A stretch of 64,000 bases of DNA. It comes from Octopus sinensis (lineage: Eukaryota). The notes beneath the pieces are model-generated. The model did not search any database. It saw nothing but the letters and a program-made list of their open reading frames with translations, and had not been told where the DNA came from. A program made the position numbers and the translations under genes. The stretch spans positions 99,944,001-100,008,000 of the forward strand of contig NC_043000.1 of the NCBI RefSeq assembly GCF_006345805.1, read 5' to 3'. Shown here piece after piece: positions 1 to 13,934 of this stretch (positions are counted from its first letter, which is position 1; every line of letters starts with the position of its first letter).

Positions 1-212
1 TGGTGGTCGACTGATCATAGTTTGTAAGATGTCTCCAATGAGGTTGTGATATCATCAGAGTGGCTGGGGTTTAATTGTAGTGGACGTAATGGTAGCGGAG
101 TTAGTGGTAATTAATAGTTTTCGTTAATGAAAATAAATTAGATGAGAGTGAACATATATCTTTTCAGTCACAGTTTTCCCGCCTACCACGAAATTCACAA
201 TCACCTACATGT

Positions 213-248
<36 letters not shown>

Positions 249-934
249 ACACACACACGCACACACACACACACACACTAGCAGAGTGCACACATACATA
301 CATACATACATATTTGCAATGATGTGCACAGTGATACATATTAAGTGATACATAATACGCATTCACGTAAATATAAGTGAATACACACACGCGCACACAT
401 TCAAACACACGCACACTGTGATGCATACTTATGGATACATTCACACAGTGTTACGTACATACATTCACATACTTAAGCATGAAAACATAATGCAGCAGAG
501 TAACATACATAGACTCACATATACATACATACACATTCACATAAATAGACCACACACATACACACTAACTGGGATGGAGTGATGCATTTACTCTCTTAAG
601 CACACATACGTAGAGAGACACAAACAAACTTGTTTTCACATACAGACTGACATACATGCGTTATACACATACATGTATACAGATGTAAACATATGCACAA
701 ACATATATAACATAAACGCGTACATCTTTTAAAACATTTGTCATTTTATAAGATTTTGCTGGCAAATTCTTAAATTAACATAAACATTTATTTGCATGTA
801 AGAAAATTACCAGAGCACTTTCTTCTAATTCTTCTAAAACTTTCTGTTAAAACTGAATTGAAGCCATTTGTGGGTAATTTTTTCCTTTTTATCACAAATA
901 CATCTTTGCTTAATCATACTGAAAATAAAATGTA

Positions 935-1456
935 CTGTAAATCCTCGAGTATAATCCGCATTTTTTCCTCAAAATTTAAAGGTCAAAATCCATAGTGCGT
1001 ACTATATACGAGGTTAAAAATGAAAAATGTTTTCTAAACAATATCCGAGTCTCTATTTACTGTCCGGCAATGTTTATTCAGACGCATTTTGCGATGTCAG
1101 GCGCGAAAATACCTTAAGCTAAGCTTGAAAGCAATGAAGTCACAAAAGAATCATCCATGACTTGCAGTAAGCAACATTTATTAAAATAAAAGTATTCAGA
1201 TCACAGAATAACATGTAACAAAAACAATTTGCAAACATATTTACATTCCCATATAAGAGTTAAGAACATCACCATTTTTGTATTACGCATGCGCAAAAGT
1301 GTTTGTTCGACTAGGTGCTGCTGGCTTAATTACGCACGACTCAAGTTAGAGAAGGGGTGCGTATTATACACAAGGTTTAGGTTTTTCAGAAGTACAGCCC
1401 CTAAAAATCCCCCTGAGTATTATACTCAAGGGCGGACTATACTCGAGGATTTACGG
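935..1456. mobile_element. Non-autonomous Tc1/mariner-pogo (Tigger-like) MITE
   Basis: 25-bp TIRs CTGTAAATCCTCGAGTATAATCCGC / GCGGACTATACTCGAGGATTTACGG (2 mismatches), flanked by TA at 933-934 and 1457-1458; no transposase ORF. Confidence 0.85.
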
Positions 1457-1987
1457 TAATCAAGTAAAACTTATTCTGAAGCCCCAACTCATTGGTGTGT
1501 CATTTCTGTTGAATATATTTGTGTTAAAAAACAAAACGAAGCAAAAAAACAACAAAACAAAACAAAAAACCAGCAATGCAGCACCAAGTGCTTCAATAGG
1601 TCGCACACAAGGTTCATAGGAACCTACTGTAGCCTCGCAAACAAATGCATAAATACATAAATACATTCGAATAGACACACACAGACATACAAACCTGCAA
1701 ATATACGTATACCCACATATATACGATACATACAAAATACACACACACACACACACGAGTTTTGAAAATCCTACTTTTACACAGTCTTGCCTCAATACTT
1801 TTTAGGGGAGTGTATGTTTATGAAGTTTTACAAGGAAAATTTGACACTGACTTCGAAGTTTCGGTTTGCTCGTCATCTTGTAAAAAACTTAATGTGTGTG
1901 TATATGCTTGTTTATATGAATGAATGTATGTAAGAATGTATGTATGTACACATGTATGCATACTTTATGTATCTATACATACATACA

Positions 1988-2019
<32 letters not shown>

Positions 2020-3616
2020 GGCATACATACATATATGCATACATGCATACATACATACATGCATGCACACACACACACACACACTCACACACATATATAT
2101 ATATATATATACATATATATAACTGTATATAATATATATCATAATAATATTTATTCTCCGATTTGAAGCGACAATTTTTAAATATAAACAAATGACTGAA
2201 AAATGATGGGCTAACCTCAGGCAAAATCGAACTCACAAATCGACGCTTTCATGGCTCCTTGCGAATCTGACTGGCCAAACGCTAATCCCTGCAATTGCAG
2301 TCAAATTTAGTTAATATATACTTAAACTGTCTTGATAATACATAAATAATATACTATGAGCCTTCCATAGTAGCTTTCTCTCCGTAACTCGCAAAGCCTT
2401 TCGGCTTTGTTTATAAAAATATTAGTTATATAATACACACACACACACACATGCACCACCGCTCCTTGTATGTCACTGACTCTCTCACAATTACCACCAG
2501 TAATTTTATTTACTTCTTTCCCAATCGCCTTTGCCTATCCCCTTACATAGGACGGACTGGTAACCGTGGGGCTGACAGTTTTGCCGAAAAGTTATGAGAC
2601 ATAAGATTCGAGAATGACACTCCAGTTTCGTGCCACTTTCACTCACTTAGACATTTTCTTCAACATCCGTCTGTGTTAGGATTGCCCTTGTATTGAGGAT
2701 CCCCACTCGACTCTTCCGTCTCCGTCTGGAGCAAAATTTTATTTTCTTTTTTCTTCAGACTTCGGTTTGCGAGGGTCTTAATTCCCAATCCCTTTTTTAA
2801 CACCCATGATCACCACCACCACCTGATACACTCCCGCAGTCCACACATTCGAAACTCAGTACATCCTTACAACACTAAACGTAGCATCATACACACCAAC
2901 ACGTTTAAACTTGCACACAGACACACACAGACACACACACATACACACACACACACCTATCATCTTCTTCACTTACACAAACACAAACTTTAAGTACAGT
3001 CTCACATGCTACCTATGTGAACACATGTACTAACAAGAAAATATAAACACACATACACTTCCCATCCCTTGACACATTATGTCACCTCTATTTCTCAAAA
3101 ACGCATATATACAGAATACACCACACAATAACCTTACACACATATACAGTATATCCGCACAAAACAAATAGCCTCTTCCACCCACACATACAAACAAGCA
3201 AGCAAGCACACACATGCAAGCATACACACACATACATCAGGCCCAAAGTCCTCCTTGCCTTACCACTCACGCCTAAAGTGACTTCACCACCACTTCCGGT
3301 CTTCTACTATGCCGTGAGGATTGGACACACGTCCTATAAATTTTTATTTATTTATTTATTTATTTATCTCTCTCCGTTCTTTTCGCTCCATCTTTGTCCT
3401 AACATAAAGAAGCAGAGTGAATACTCGAAATCTTAAAATCATTTTCTTCTTTTCCCCATGTCCTGAGTGTCGAGGTAATACCTTCCCTATATTTATTCTT
3501 TTACCGTGTCTTTTGCTCCAGTTTTTGTACACACACACACGCGCGCACATACACACAAATACACACACAAACACACACACAGGCACACACATACACTCAC
3601 ACAAACACACACACAC

Positions 3617-3776
3617 ATGGTTGTGTAGTAAGAAGTTTGCTTCACAACCATATGGTTTCGGGTTCAGTCCCATTGCGTGGCACCCTGGGTAGGGGTCTTC
3701 TACTATAGCCTCATGCCGACCAAATCTTTGTGAGTGGATTTGGTAGACAGAAACTGAAAGAAGCCCGATAGAAATT
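3617..3776 (+). mobile_element. tRNA-derived SINE (family with 'gagtggatttggtagacagaaactgaaagaagccc' tail)
   Basis: A/B-box-like head (tggttgtgtagtaag ... gggttcagtccc); reverse copy at ~21283-21427 and 5' fragments at ~20826 and ~46622. Confidence 0.7.
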
Positions 3777-4125
3777 TTCTCTATATATAGGAAACATCGA
3801 AGTGCTCGGTATATTTGAGCCATAGGAAAATGGGAAAAATAATGATGAGAGACAAATGATAGGCCACTATAGTATATTCTGTTGTAAAATTTTTATGCGC
3901 ACAAAATCATATACTAAATATTTATAGATATATAAAGATATAAATACACTTCAAAAATACATTAAAAATACATAGATATAAATATATAAATATGCTAAGA
4001 ACATATTAAGAACATACATTATATAGTCCTATTTACAATAACAAAAATATTAAAATTATATACACTGAATGAGTGGTTTGCGGAGAATATTGTAAATCCA
4101 CATAAATGTTTATAGTTTGTTAATA

Positions 4126-4216
4126 TCCAACGGCTGTTTCTGGAGGGATAGTGGTGCAGTGATGTAATAGAATTTAAGTTCCACTAATCTAATATCACCG
4201 CAGCCTTCTTCAAGGA
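4126..4216 (-). ncRNA. Degenerate type I hammerhead ribozyme motif, long stem II
   Basis: Minus strand tcc-UUGAAGA-(stem II tgcggtgat/atcactgca)-GAAA-CAGCCG-UU-gga; same architecture as 35603-35683. Confidence 0.5.
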
Positions 4217-4270
4217 ATTTTTCAACTGATAAAGCTACATCTGACAACTTTTACAAAGAGATATACTTAT

Positions 4271-4301
<31 letters not shown>

Positions 4302-4482
4302 GTTTAGTAAATAATTACATGATTTTGTGCACATAATAATTTTACAACAGAATATATTTTAGTAACCTATCTTTTGTCTCCCACCATTATTTTTCACATA
4401 CACACATACACACGACGCACGCACACACACACACACATGCACACACGCATTCAAATATAAATAAGAAGCACCACGAGTGATA

Positions 4483-4676
4483 TAAGCAATATTGAACAGA
4501 CATACACAAGGTATGTGTTTTGCCAATTCATGGGCAGGCTGCGATTTATAGGCGTAAGGGAACATATTCTCATCAACACCAGGCGTATTGATGAGAATAC
4601 ATTCACCTACGCCTATAAATCGCAGCCTGCCACTGACTAGCAAACACATGCCCTTCGTCTGTGTCTTCGATGTTGC

Positions 4677-4680
<4 letters not shown>
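4483..4680. repeat. ~200-bp fold-back palindrome (MITE-like hairpin)
   Basis: Core arms ggcaggctgcgatttataggcgta...tattctcatcaa / ttgatgagaata...tacgcctataaatcgcagcctgcc (4533-4631), with weaker pairing outward. Confidence 0.8.
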
Positions 4681-4737
<57 letters not shown>

Positions 4738-4864
4738 GGGATAAATACACACACATATTTACACACAAACTATGAGAAAATCGCCCAAAGAGGAGTGTTT
4801 CTCCGAAAAAAGGGAAATACAGAAAGGTTGAGTGACATAGGTGGATAAATAGATATAAGCAAAG

Positions 4865-4938
<74 letters not shown>

Positions 4939-4988
4939 TCTATCCAAAGGGTAAAATGAGTTCGTGTGAATGGAGAGAAGAGCAGATG

Positions 4989-5543
4989 TCAACTGTTGTG
5001 GTTGCTTTCGGAAAATTCACGAGGCACCCATTTTCCAAGTTTAAGAACCTTTCCAAGTTGTTGAAGAAGACGATGAACAGTTGTATGGTTTGAACTAAGC
5101 TTTATTGCTAATTCTTCAACTGACAATGCAGGATTTTCTTCAAGTAATGCCTCAAGGAACTTATCATCAACCTCAACTGGAAATCCTGTTCGATCTTCAT
5201 CTTCAAGGCTGAAATAGATATAACCTATGTCACTTCTGCAAGTTCTTTCATTCAAGCTTTCTTTCCCATAAACTGAGTGTATGTTTCGAGTAGTAGAGTT
5301 TCCTTTATTGTATTCATAAAGCATTATGTACCTCAAATGCTCTTTGGGTACTTCCATGTTAGAAAGGGTTTTAATCAAAGAAATTTTAATTCTTTTATTC
5401 TGTAAAATAATATTTAATTAGTTTAAAATGTACACAAACGCAAAAAAAAAAAAAATTTTAATTCCATTAGACATTCTAAAATACTATTAAATTTCCTTCA
5501 ATTTAAAAAAGGTAAAATCGGACAGAACTTATGGGATGACCTG
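4989..5543 (-). mobile_element. Mariner transposon 5' remnant (HTH region plus left TIR)
   Basis: ORF 4989-5378(-) HLRYIMLYEYNKG...SLEDEDRTG...ELA...TVHRLLQQLGKVLKLGKWVPREF (WVPHEL motif); mariner-like TIR caggtcatcccataagttctgtcc read from 5543. Confidence 0.9.
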
Positions 5544-5575
5544 CTATCTATCTACCTATCTATTTATCTATCTTC

Positions 5576-5685
<110 letters not shown>

Positions 5686-6382
5686 CTTAAAATTATCTGT
5701 TCCCAATCTATTTTTCCGAAGTTTTCTGCCTATCTCTCTTTCTCTCTCTCTCTAAACGACTCTCTATTTCATACAATCAATTTCGCAACCCTCTCTCTCG
5801 CCCCCGTTTTATTTCCCTTTCTCTCTCCCACGTGTATTTGTGTTTGTGTGTGTATGTATATATGCCTGTTTAACTGCCATTATTTCTGTGTGTCTCCCAA
5901 TTTTGCCTTTCTCATCTTAACTAATGTTTCACTAATTGAACCATAAATTCTAACACAAACCGTCTAATCACAATGAATCTTCACTGCCAAACACGCGGTG
6001 ATAATTTATTAGAGGTCAACTCTATTTGCTAAGAAGTAAATTAATATTTTATTATCTTTGTCACTTTCTTTGTCGCTGGGGAGCAGAGGAGAACAACAAC
6101 AACAACCATTACAATAAGCAACAACAATAACAATCAGCAACAGCAGCAGCAGCAGCAGCAACAGCAACCACAACAACAGAAGAAGAAGAAGAAGAAGAAG
6201 GAGAAGGAGGAGAAGGAGAAGGAGGAGAAGAAGAAGAATAAAAAGAAGAATTATATCACAGATCAACAAAATTAAATTAGCGAGTTGTTTCAGACAGGGA
6301 GATTCATAGCTTACTCATTTTTGATTGGTTATAGATTACAGGCGATAAACGATTGACTATAGGGACCATAATTTGTGTTTTG

Positions 6383-6426
<44 letters not shown>

Positions 6427-7246
6427 GCAAACAAACATATAAATGCTTTGACAAGATATGTAACAAACTGTACATTAAAAAAAGCTTTAGATATTATTTA
6501 AGTACCAAGCGGAATTTCTACACAAATATCTATATACACGATTACTTTGTCGCTAGGGACTCACATATGTAACAGAGTAAATTGAAAAATTTTCGATCGC
6601 TTGAAATTCTTTCAAGCAATTATTAGATAAAAATTCTTTCTTTCGGTGTTTTGAAATCTTATACATACATACATACATAGATACATACATACATACATAC
6701 ATACATACATACATACATACAAACATACATACATACAAACATACATACAAACATACATACATACATACATACATACATACATACATACATACATACATAC
6801 ATACCTATACCGATAGTGGTAGTGTCATGAGTACTGATACCACCAGAAGCTGTAGTACTTTTAGAGTTACTACTCGCTCAATCTTGAGAAATTAAGCTTC
6901 TCAAAACCAGAAAGGAGAAAGCTAATTCGAAGACTACAGATCCAATCAATCACTGGAACTGTAAAAATCTGTAAAACTTTCCAGAAGTTTATCATTTAAA
7001 TATATATCAGCATGTCTAGATATGTAAACTATATGCATGAGAATGCATACATACATACATACATACATACATACATACATACATACATACATACATACAT
7101 ACATACATACATACATACAAAAATACCCTGTTGTTGATGTTGAAATTCCAATGACGGAAACTTGGATCTAGGTTAGAAACCGGTTCTTTCTTTATTGTCA
7201 AGAAATTTTGAAATAAATTGAATAATGACATATACACATACATACA

Positions 7247-7358
<112 letters not shown>

Positions 7359-7439
7359 TATACATATATGTATACACACACATACACGCACACACATATG
7401 TATAATTGTATATGTTGGTTCAGTGCCGATATTAGATTG

Positions 7440-10150
7440 TTATAAAACTGTTAGGTCCTTAATCTTCTCCGATAAGACTAAAAACTTATACACCCTTAAT
7501 TACGATAGGCTGCTAGAAATCAATATCACACAAAATTATAGGCGTACTTTGCCACAGACATACAAATGAAGCTAAGAAATTAACAAACGACCTAGACATA
7601 GCTGATAGGATGGAGATCCTAGCTAAAAGGAACGCCTATATTAACATTAAAGATCATAAACCGAATTTTGCCTCAAATCCTAAATACCGCCTGATTAATC
7701 CGACCAAATCCGAGACTGGTCTGGCAAGCATATATTGAGAAAAATCAATAACGACATAAGGAGAGTCACTAACCTTTCCCTATGGCATAACACTAAAGAG
7801 GTGACTGCATGATTTAACACCAACAAACGGAGAGGTAGACCAAGGTTCACCCAGTTCGACATTGTCGATTTTTACCCGTCTATATCAAAAGGGCTACTGG
7901 TCAAGGCGCTTTCCTTCGCTAGAGGCTTCACTAGCGTTAGCGACAGGGATATAGACGTCATTATGTACGCCAGAAAAACAGTGCTGTTCAATGAAGGTTC
8001 GACCTGGGTCAAACATACTAGTCCAGTGGGCTCCTTTGACGTAGCGATGGGGGCCTACGAGAGCGCTGATGTATGTGACCTCATAGGGTTCTATATCCTT
8101 GATACCTTTAAGAAAAAATCCCACCCCACGTCCTTGGTGTCTACAGAGACGACGCCCTGGCCATCTGTAGAGGAGCAAACGGCCACATACTAGGCAGGCT
8201 TAGGAAAGATCTAATTAGCACACTTGCCTCCATGGGATAAAAATTACCATCGATACCACTGTGGACTTCTTAGACGTCACGCTCGATTTGGGTTCCGATA
8301 CATATAGGGCCTACCTCAAGCCAAATGAGAGGCTAACGTACATCAACACAGCCTCCTGTCATGTACAAATCATGTTCACAAATCTGGTGAAGGGTGTTAG
8401 TAAGAGGATCACGAACCTTTCCTCCAGACAAGAGATTTTTCATGCAGCAGCTCCACTACTATAACGATGCCCTAACTGTCAGTGGATTAAGGGACTGCAT
8501 CTCGTACATGTCGGGCCCCAACATCCGTAAAAGGAAGCGCCACAGAAAAAAACATTTGGTTTGCTGCCCCTTCTCTCTTAACGTAAAAACGTCTGTAGGT
8601 AGGATATTCTTAATAGATAAACATTTCACTAGTTCACATAAATACGGACTCTTTTTCAACAGGTACTCTAGTTAGCACCCTTAGACCACGAGTGGAGGCA
8701 GGACCGCAACAGAGGTCCAGTGAGGGGCCACTGCGAAATTAAGAGAATCGTCTATGAAGCTGATGTACTGGCAGCAGCAGCAACATCAGCAGCTGCCCTA
8801 ACGGCGACTACAATAACAAGGACGGTAATACCACTAGTAGCAGCAGCAGACACGCGAACAGAACCAGTAGCACCATCACCAGCAATAGCAACAATAATAA
8901 CATCAACGACATCAATATATGCTTGCTCGCCAGACCGGTCTCGTTAGGGATACTGTCATCAAATTGCAGTATCCCTAACGACAGCAGCAACATCATCAAC
9001 TTCCCTAACGGCTACAGAGGCAGGCTCCACAGTTCCAATATCAGCAGCGGCAGTATACTCGCCAGCGATTACATCAGTAACGACAACGACAGCTAAAGCA
9101 ATTTCCTTAACGGTAAAGGCGGTGAGCTGGCAGAAACGTTAGCACGCCGGGCGAAATGCTTAGCGGTATTTCGTCTGCGTTACGTTGTGAGTTCAAATTC
9201 CGCCGAGGTCGACTTTGCCTTTCATCCTTTCGGGGTCGATAAATTAAGTACCAGTTACGCACTGGGGTCGATGTGATCGACTTAATACCTATGTCTGTCC
9301 TTGTTTGTCCCCTCTGTGTTTAGCCCCTTGTGGGTAATAAAGAAATAGGTAATAGCGGCGAGCTGGCAGTAACGTTAGCACGCCGGGCGAAATGCGTAGC
9401 CGTATTTCGTCTGCCGTTACGTTCTGTGTACAATTTCCAACGAGGTCGACTTTGCCTTTCATCCTTTCGGGTTACGCACCGGGGTCGATATAATCGACTT
9501 AATCCGTTTGTCTGTCCTTGTTTGTCCTCTCTGTGTTTAGCCCCTTGTGGGTAGTAAAGAAATAGGTAATAGCAGCAGAGCCATCGCCAATGACATCTAT
9601 AACAGCAATGACAGCGCTTCCATCAATGACGATGGCCATAATAACAACAACGACACCTTTACCAACACCGGTAGTGGCGGCATCAGCACCATCGCCACCT
9701 CCAATGACGCCAACACCAGTAGCCTTAGCACCAACAGCGCCAGTTCCAGCAATAGCAACAGCGGTGGCAGCGACGCCAACACCAACAGACAAACCACCGC
9801 CAACACCCGACCACGGAGTTTCATTAGCTGTTCCGTAAACTTGTTCAAACAATGCTTCTCCAACCACAAATCCCCCTTCAATATACCCGAAAGGAGATTC
9901 GCCACGCCTTTAGCCAGCCATGTATGGCAGCTGATAGACGACGGGATTCCATACACAATATCATGGAGAATCCTAGAAAATCCGGGCCTTTACATAAACG
10001 GGACCAATCACTAAATTATGCATAGCGGAACGGGTAAGGATCCTAAAGGACTCTTTCGACCCAGGGAATATCCTTAACTTCAGAACGGGCGTCTTCGGAC
10101 AGTGCTTACAGTGTAGGACGAAACTCAGAATGGACTGCCGTCTTTGATAT
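7440..10150 (+). mobile_element. Penelope-like retroelement remnant (RT plus GIY-YIG), frameshifted
   Basis: SDKTKNLY, KDHKPNFASNPKYRLINP, FDIVDFYPSI, FDVAMGAYESADVCDLIGFYIL, YRDD, DFLDVTLDL; endonuclease halves IVYEADV (~8745) and SFISCSVNLFKQCFSNH...LASHVWQL...ISWRIL (9805-10010). Confidence 0.9.
9118..9567 (+). mobile_element. Two tandem tRNA-derived SINE copies (9118-9350, 9355-9567) inserted in the PLE
   Basis: ggcggtgagctggcagaa...gagttcaaattcc head, gcctttcatcctttcggggtcgataaattaagtaccag central domain, aataaagaaat tail; many other copies in the window. Confidence 0.9.
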
Positions 10151-10349
10151 AATAAGTATATCTTTCCCCACTAAGCAGCTTATTGAGCTCGTTCTATATC
10201 AGATTATATTTACGCTGTAAAACATGTATATTCTAATATACTTAACAAATCTTACATAACTACACATATACATAAGTGAATACATGTATACATACATACA
10301 TACATTCATACATACATACATACATGCACATATACATACATGTATTCTA

Positions 10350-12183
10350 CATTTGGCAAAAGCGTCTGCTACCTTAATGTCTGCCATTGAGAGGCTTACA
10401 TGTAGCTAGGCAAAAATTCTAGCACTTTGAACTAAGAGTGGAACGATTGTCTCCAATACCATAAGTATTTCAATGAGAATATTCCAAGGAGATAGACTTT
10501 CTGTAATTCTGTTCATTTTAGCATTAAATCTATTACCATTCCTGTCACAAAATTCAAATGGCTACATATTAGGGTCTGCAAATGCTAGAGATATAAATGT
10601 AACCCATAATTTCTATGTGGATGGCCTCAAGATTTATGTTAAACATTCTTTTATTCGTTTACTTGTTCCAGTTATTTTATTGCGGCCATGCGGGAGCACT
10701 GCCTTTGTTAACGAATGGTAAAAAGCAGCTGGAATTAATAGCATTTTCAGCTGACATAGGAATGGAATTAGGTCAAAAGAATTATTCATATTTGATTGTT
10801 GAACAGGGAAAATCAGTTTTACAGACCCCAAACCTGTGCATCAATGGTCTCACTATCTCTCCTGTCCCAGACAGTATCAAGGCCTTAATGATAACATATA
10901 CGAAGGTACTGTGAATAAAGATAGATTGACCCAAGAATATTATTCCAGAAAAATATGGCGGACGGAACTCTCCTCTTATAACAAGATAATATCCCACAAT
11001 GTACCAGTGCTAATTCCATCATTTTCAATTCTTGACTGAAGAAGAAGTCCATTCCATAGACATTAAAACCCAGAAGATACGAACACCAACTGGATATCTC
11101 CACTGAAATAATGATATCTACAAGCTCTACCCAAGAAGTGATAAAGAAGGTAGAGACTTGAGATCAGTGCAGGCAACCTTAGAATGTCATAAAGTCTCTC
11201 TCAGACAGCACCTTATAAAGAAGAGCAGCAAAAATAAATACGTTTACTTAGTGCTGAAAAGTGAAAAGGACAATATTCTACGTGTTGACAGCAAGCTTCC
11301 TAGGAAGCACACTCTTTTTGATGGCTTCCCATACAATCCCCAAGAACCGGACAAAGAAGATCTGGATGTTGAACGCTCAACATGCAGATAATAATAAAGA
11401 CTATGCATGCATGTTTCCCGCAGACTTGCAGAAGATAATAACATTTACATGAATCGAAACTTCTCCTGGACACGTGGCCGCTAAATCACATCACACTTCG
11501 AAGGCTATGCATTTGCAATCCAAGGACATGAGATTGCTACGAAACACATAATAAACAAAAAAGACAGTGAAGCCCTTGGAGGTCTAAGATGCAACCAAAA
11601 ATGTAGATTACGTCATATTTCTATGGAAGACATTGCACATGTGATTAGCACCTTCCAAAAATGTCATCAAGATAGTACCTCCCTATGCGACTCGACGTTG
11701 TCGGAAAAACAATATGCAATGCAATCCGGAAAAAAAAGATTGTCCTGGAATAAATATAGAGAATCCCCCGGTTATTGAATACATACACAAAGACCAACAC
11801 AAGGAATACTGATGGAGTATTTCCACCAAATCTGTCAATTGTAAATATATCAGACCAGATATTGTTTGTAACAGATAAGAAAAAATATGTTCCGCCATAG
11901 AGGTCAGCTATCATGCTGTGAATATCTCTTTGAAAATCAAAGAGATGAAGGATAACTATGAACAGCTGCGCCAAAACCTCCATTTTCTGCATTCAGATTA
12001 TAAATACACACTTATACCAATAATAATTGCGCACTTGGCTTTGTGACTAAATGCCTAAGTGACAATCTAGATGAGCTAGGGCTTTCAGAAAAAGAAATCA
12101 ACCAACTCACTCGCATATTGCAAATAGAATCTGTAAGTGAAACGGTATAAATATGCAAAACTTTGCTTAAGTTTAAAATGTAA
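10350..12183 (+). mobile_element. Non-LTR retrotransposon remnant with restriction-like endonuclease (R4/Dong-like)
   Basis: IFQGDRLSVILFILAL, HNFYVDGLKIY (YxDD-like), FSADIGMELG, LYPRSDKEGRDL, FAIQGHEI, degenerate KCRL...H zinc knuckle, RPDIV...IEVS endonuclease; many stops and frameshifts. Confidence 0.85.
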
Positions 12184-12303
12184 CGTTGGTTTTATGATTT
12201 ACGTTCAAATGATGGAACTTCGTATCTTTGTTAGGAACCACTTCCTTTTTCCGAGGAAGAACTTAAGTAATTAAAAACAGAAGAGAGCATATATACATAC
12301 ATA

Positions 12304-12393
<90 letters not shown>

Positions 12394-12506
12394 TCACATA
12401 TATACTTACATATATACATACATAATACACATATATATTTATATATACACTCTAACTGTTTTACTAGTTTCAGCTCGAAAGCAGCGGTCATGTTGGGGCA
12501 CCACCG

Positions 12507-12542
<36 letters not shown>

Positions 12543-12597
12543 TTATGCATATATACATACAGGCATACATAAACTTATATATGTATACATATATATA

Positions 12598-12635
<38 letters not shown>

Positions 12636-12638
<3 letters not shown>

Positions 12639-12880
12639 TATTATAAAAGGCAGATTTTATCTGCCTCCCTTTGGGAGTTATACAAATCTACATATAGGAT
12701 TTCTTCAATTACAATTTACCTAGCAGTTTTAAGAGTACAATGCATCGCGTCATGCCAGGTCCAGTTTTTAAAATTTAAACTCCAATTAAGCAAAATTTAC
12801 AGAAAACTCACATTCTGGTGTGTGTGTCAAATGCTTTTCTTAGTCTGGTTTACACCACACGCAAACGCACACACACAGTG
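12636..12880 (+). mobile_element. Helitron-like 5' segment (family B), repeated at 14750-14990
   Basis: A|TCTTATTATAAAAGGCAGATTTTATCTGCC start inside (TA)n; about 240 bp near-identical to 14750-14990. Confidence 0.6.
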
Positions 12881-13153
12881 GGCAACGAATAAAATGAAAG
12901 TAATTGACTTACTGTAGTGAGTGATTCTTTCACTCTGCTTCCCACTTCCTTTTCCACACATACACACGCAAATATATAAATAAAATTGTAAGCTAACGTG
13001 CGTGTGTGTGAGTGGGTGTGTGTGGGTGTGCGCGTGTGTGTGTGTGTGTGTGTGAGGGTGCGTGTGTGTGTGTGTGTGTGTGTGCGTGTGCGTGAGTGTG
13101 TGATAGGAAAGTTTTTTACGACGAATATAACACCTATATCCAAGTAGCAGAAA

Positions 13154-13635
13154 GATAAGACAGTAAGGTGTGATTTGAGGGAGATTTGGCTGCTATTTCT
13201 ACTATGTCTAGCTGCCATGTAGGGGTCTCCCTCATAGGCTCATACATACATATATACATAGATAAGACAGTAAGGTGTGATTTGGGGGAAATTTGGCTGC
13301 TATTTCTACCAGGTCTAGCTGCCATGTAGGGGTCTCCCTCATAGGCTCATACATACATATATACATAGATAAGACAGTAAGGTGTGATTTGGGGGAAATT
13401 TGGCTGCTATTTCTACCAGGTCTAGCTGCCATGTAGGGGTCTCCCTCATAGGCTCATACATACATATATACATAGATAAGACAGTAAGGTGTGATTTGGG
13501 GAAATTTGGCTGCTATTTCTACCAGGTCTAGCTACCATGTAGAGGTCCCCCTCATTGGCTCATATATATATACATACATAAGACAGTAAGGTGTGATTTG
13601 AGGGAGATTTGGCTGCTGTTTCTACCAGGTCTGTT
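13154..13635. repeat. Tandem repeat, ~107-bp unit, ~4.5 copies
   Basis: Unit ataagacagtaaggtgtgatttgggggaaatttggctgctatttctaccaggtctagc... starts near 13155, 13262, 13369, 13476, 13578. Confidence 0.95.
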
Positions 13636-13934
13636 AGGCCTTCTTTTATTCTTCTGCTTTTTCCAGCCATTGGTCTGTGGCCATGCTGGGGCAATGTCTT
13701 GAAGAATTGTAGTTTAATGAATCAACTCCAGTTTTATTTTTGTAAGCATTGTACTTATTCTATCTGTTTCCTTTGTCAAACCACTAGGTGACAGGGATGT
13801 AAACAAACCAACATTCGTTGTCAAGCAGTGGTGGAGGACAATCACAAGCACAGACACGCACACACACATACATGCATACACATATACACACATACATACA
13901 TACATACATATATATATATGTGTGTATATATATA

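Noticed and set aside
13154-13635. Repeated ORFs MAARPGRNSSQISPKSHLTVLS as a peptide-repeat gene
   Set aside because: The 107-bp unit is not a multiple of 3 and includes microsatellite; the ORFs are by-products of the tandem repeat
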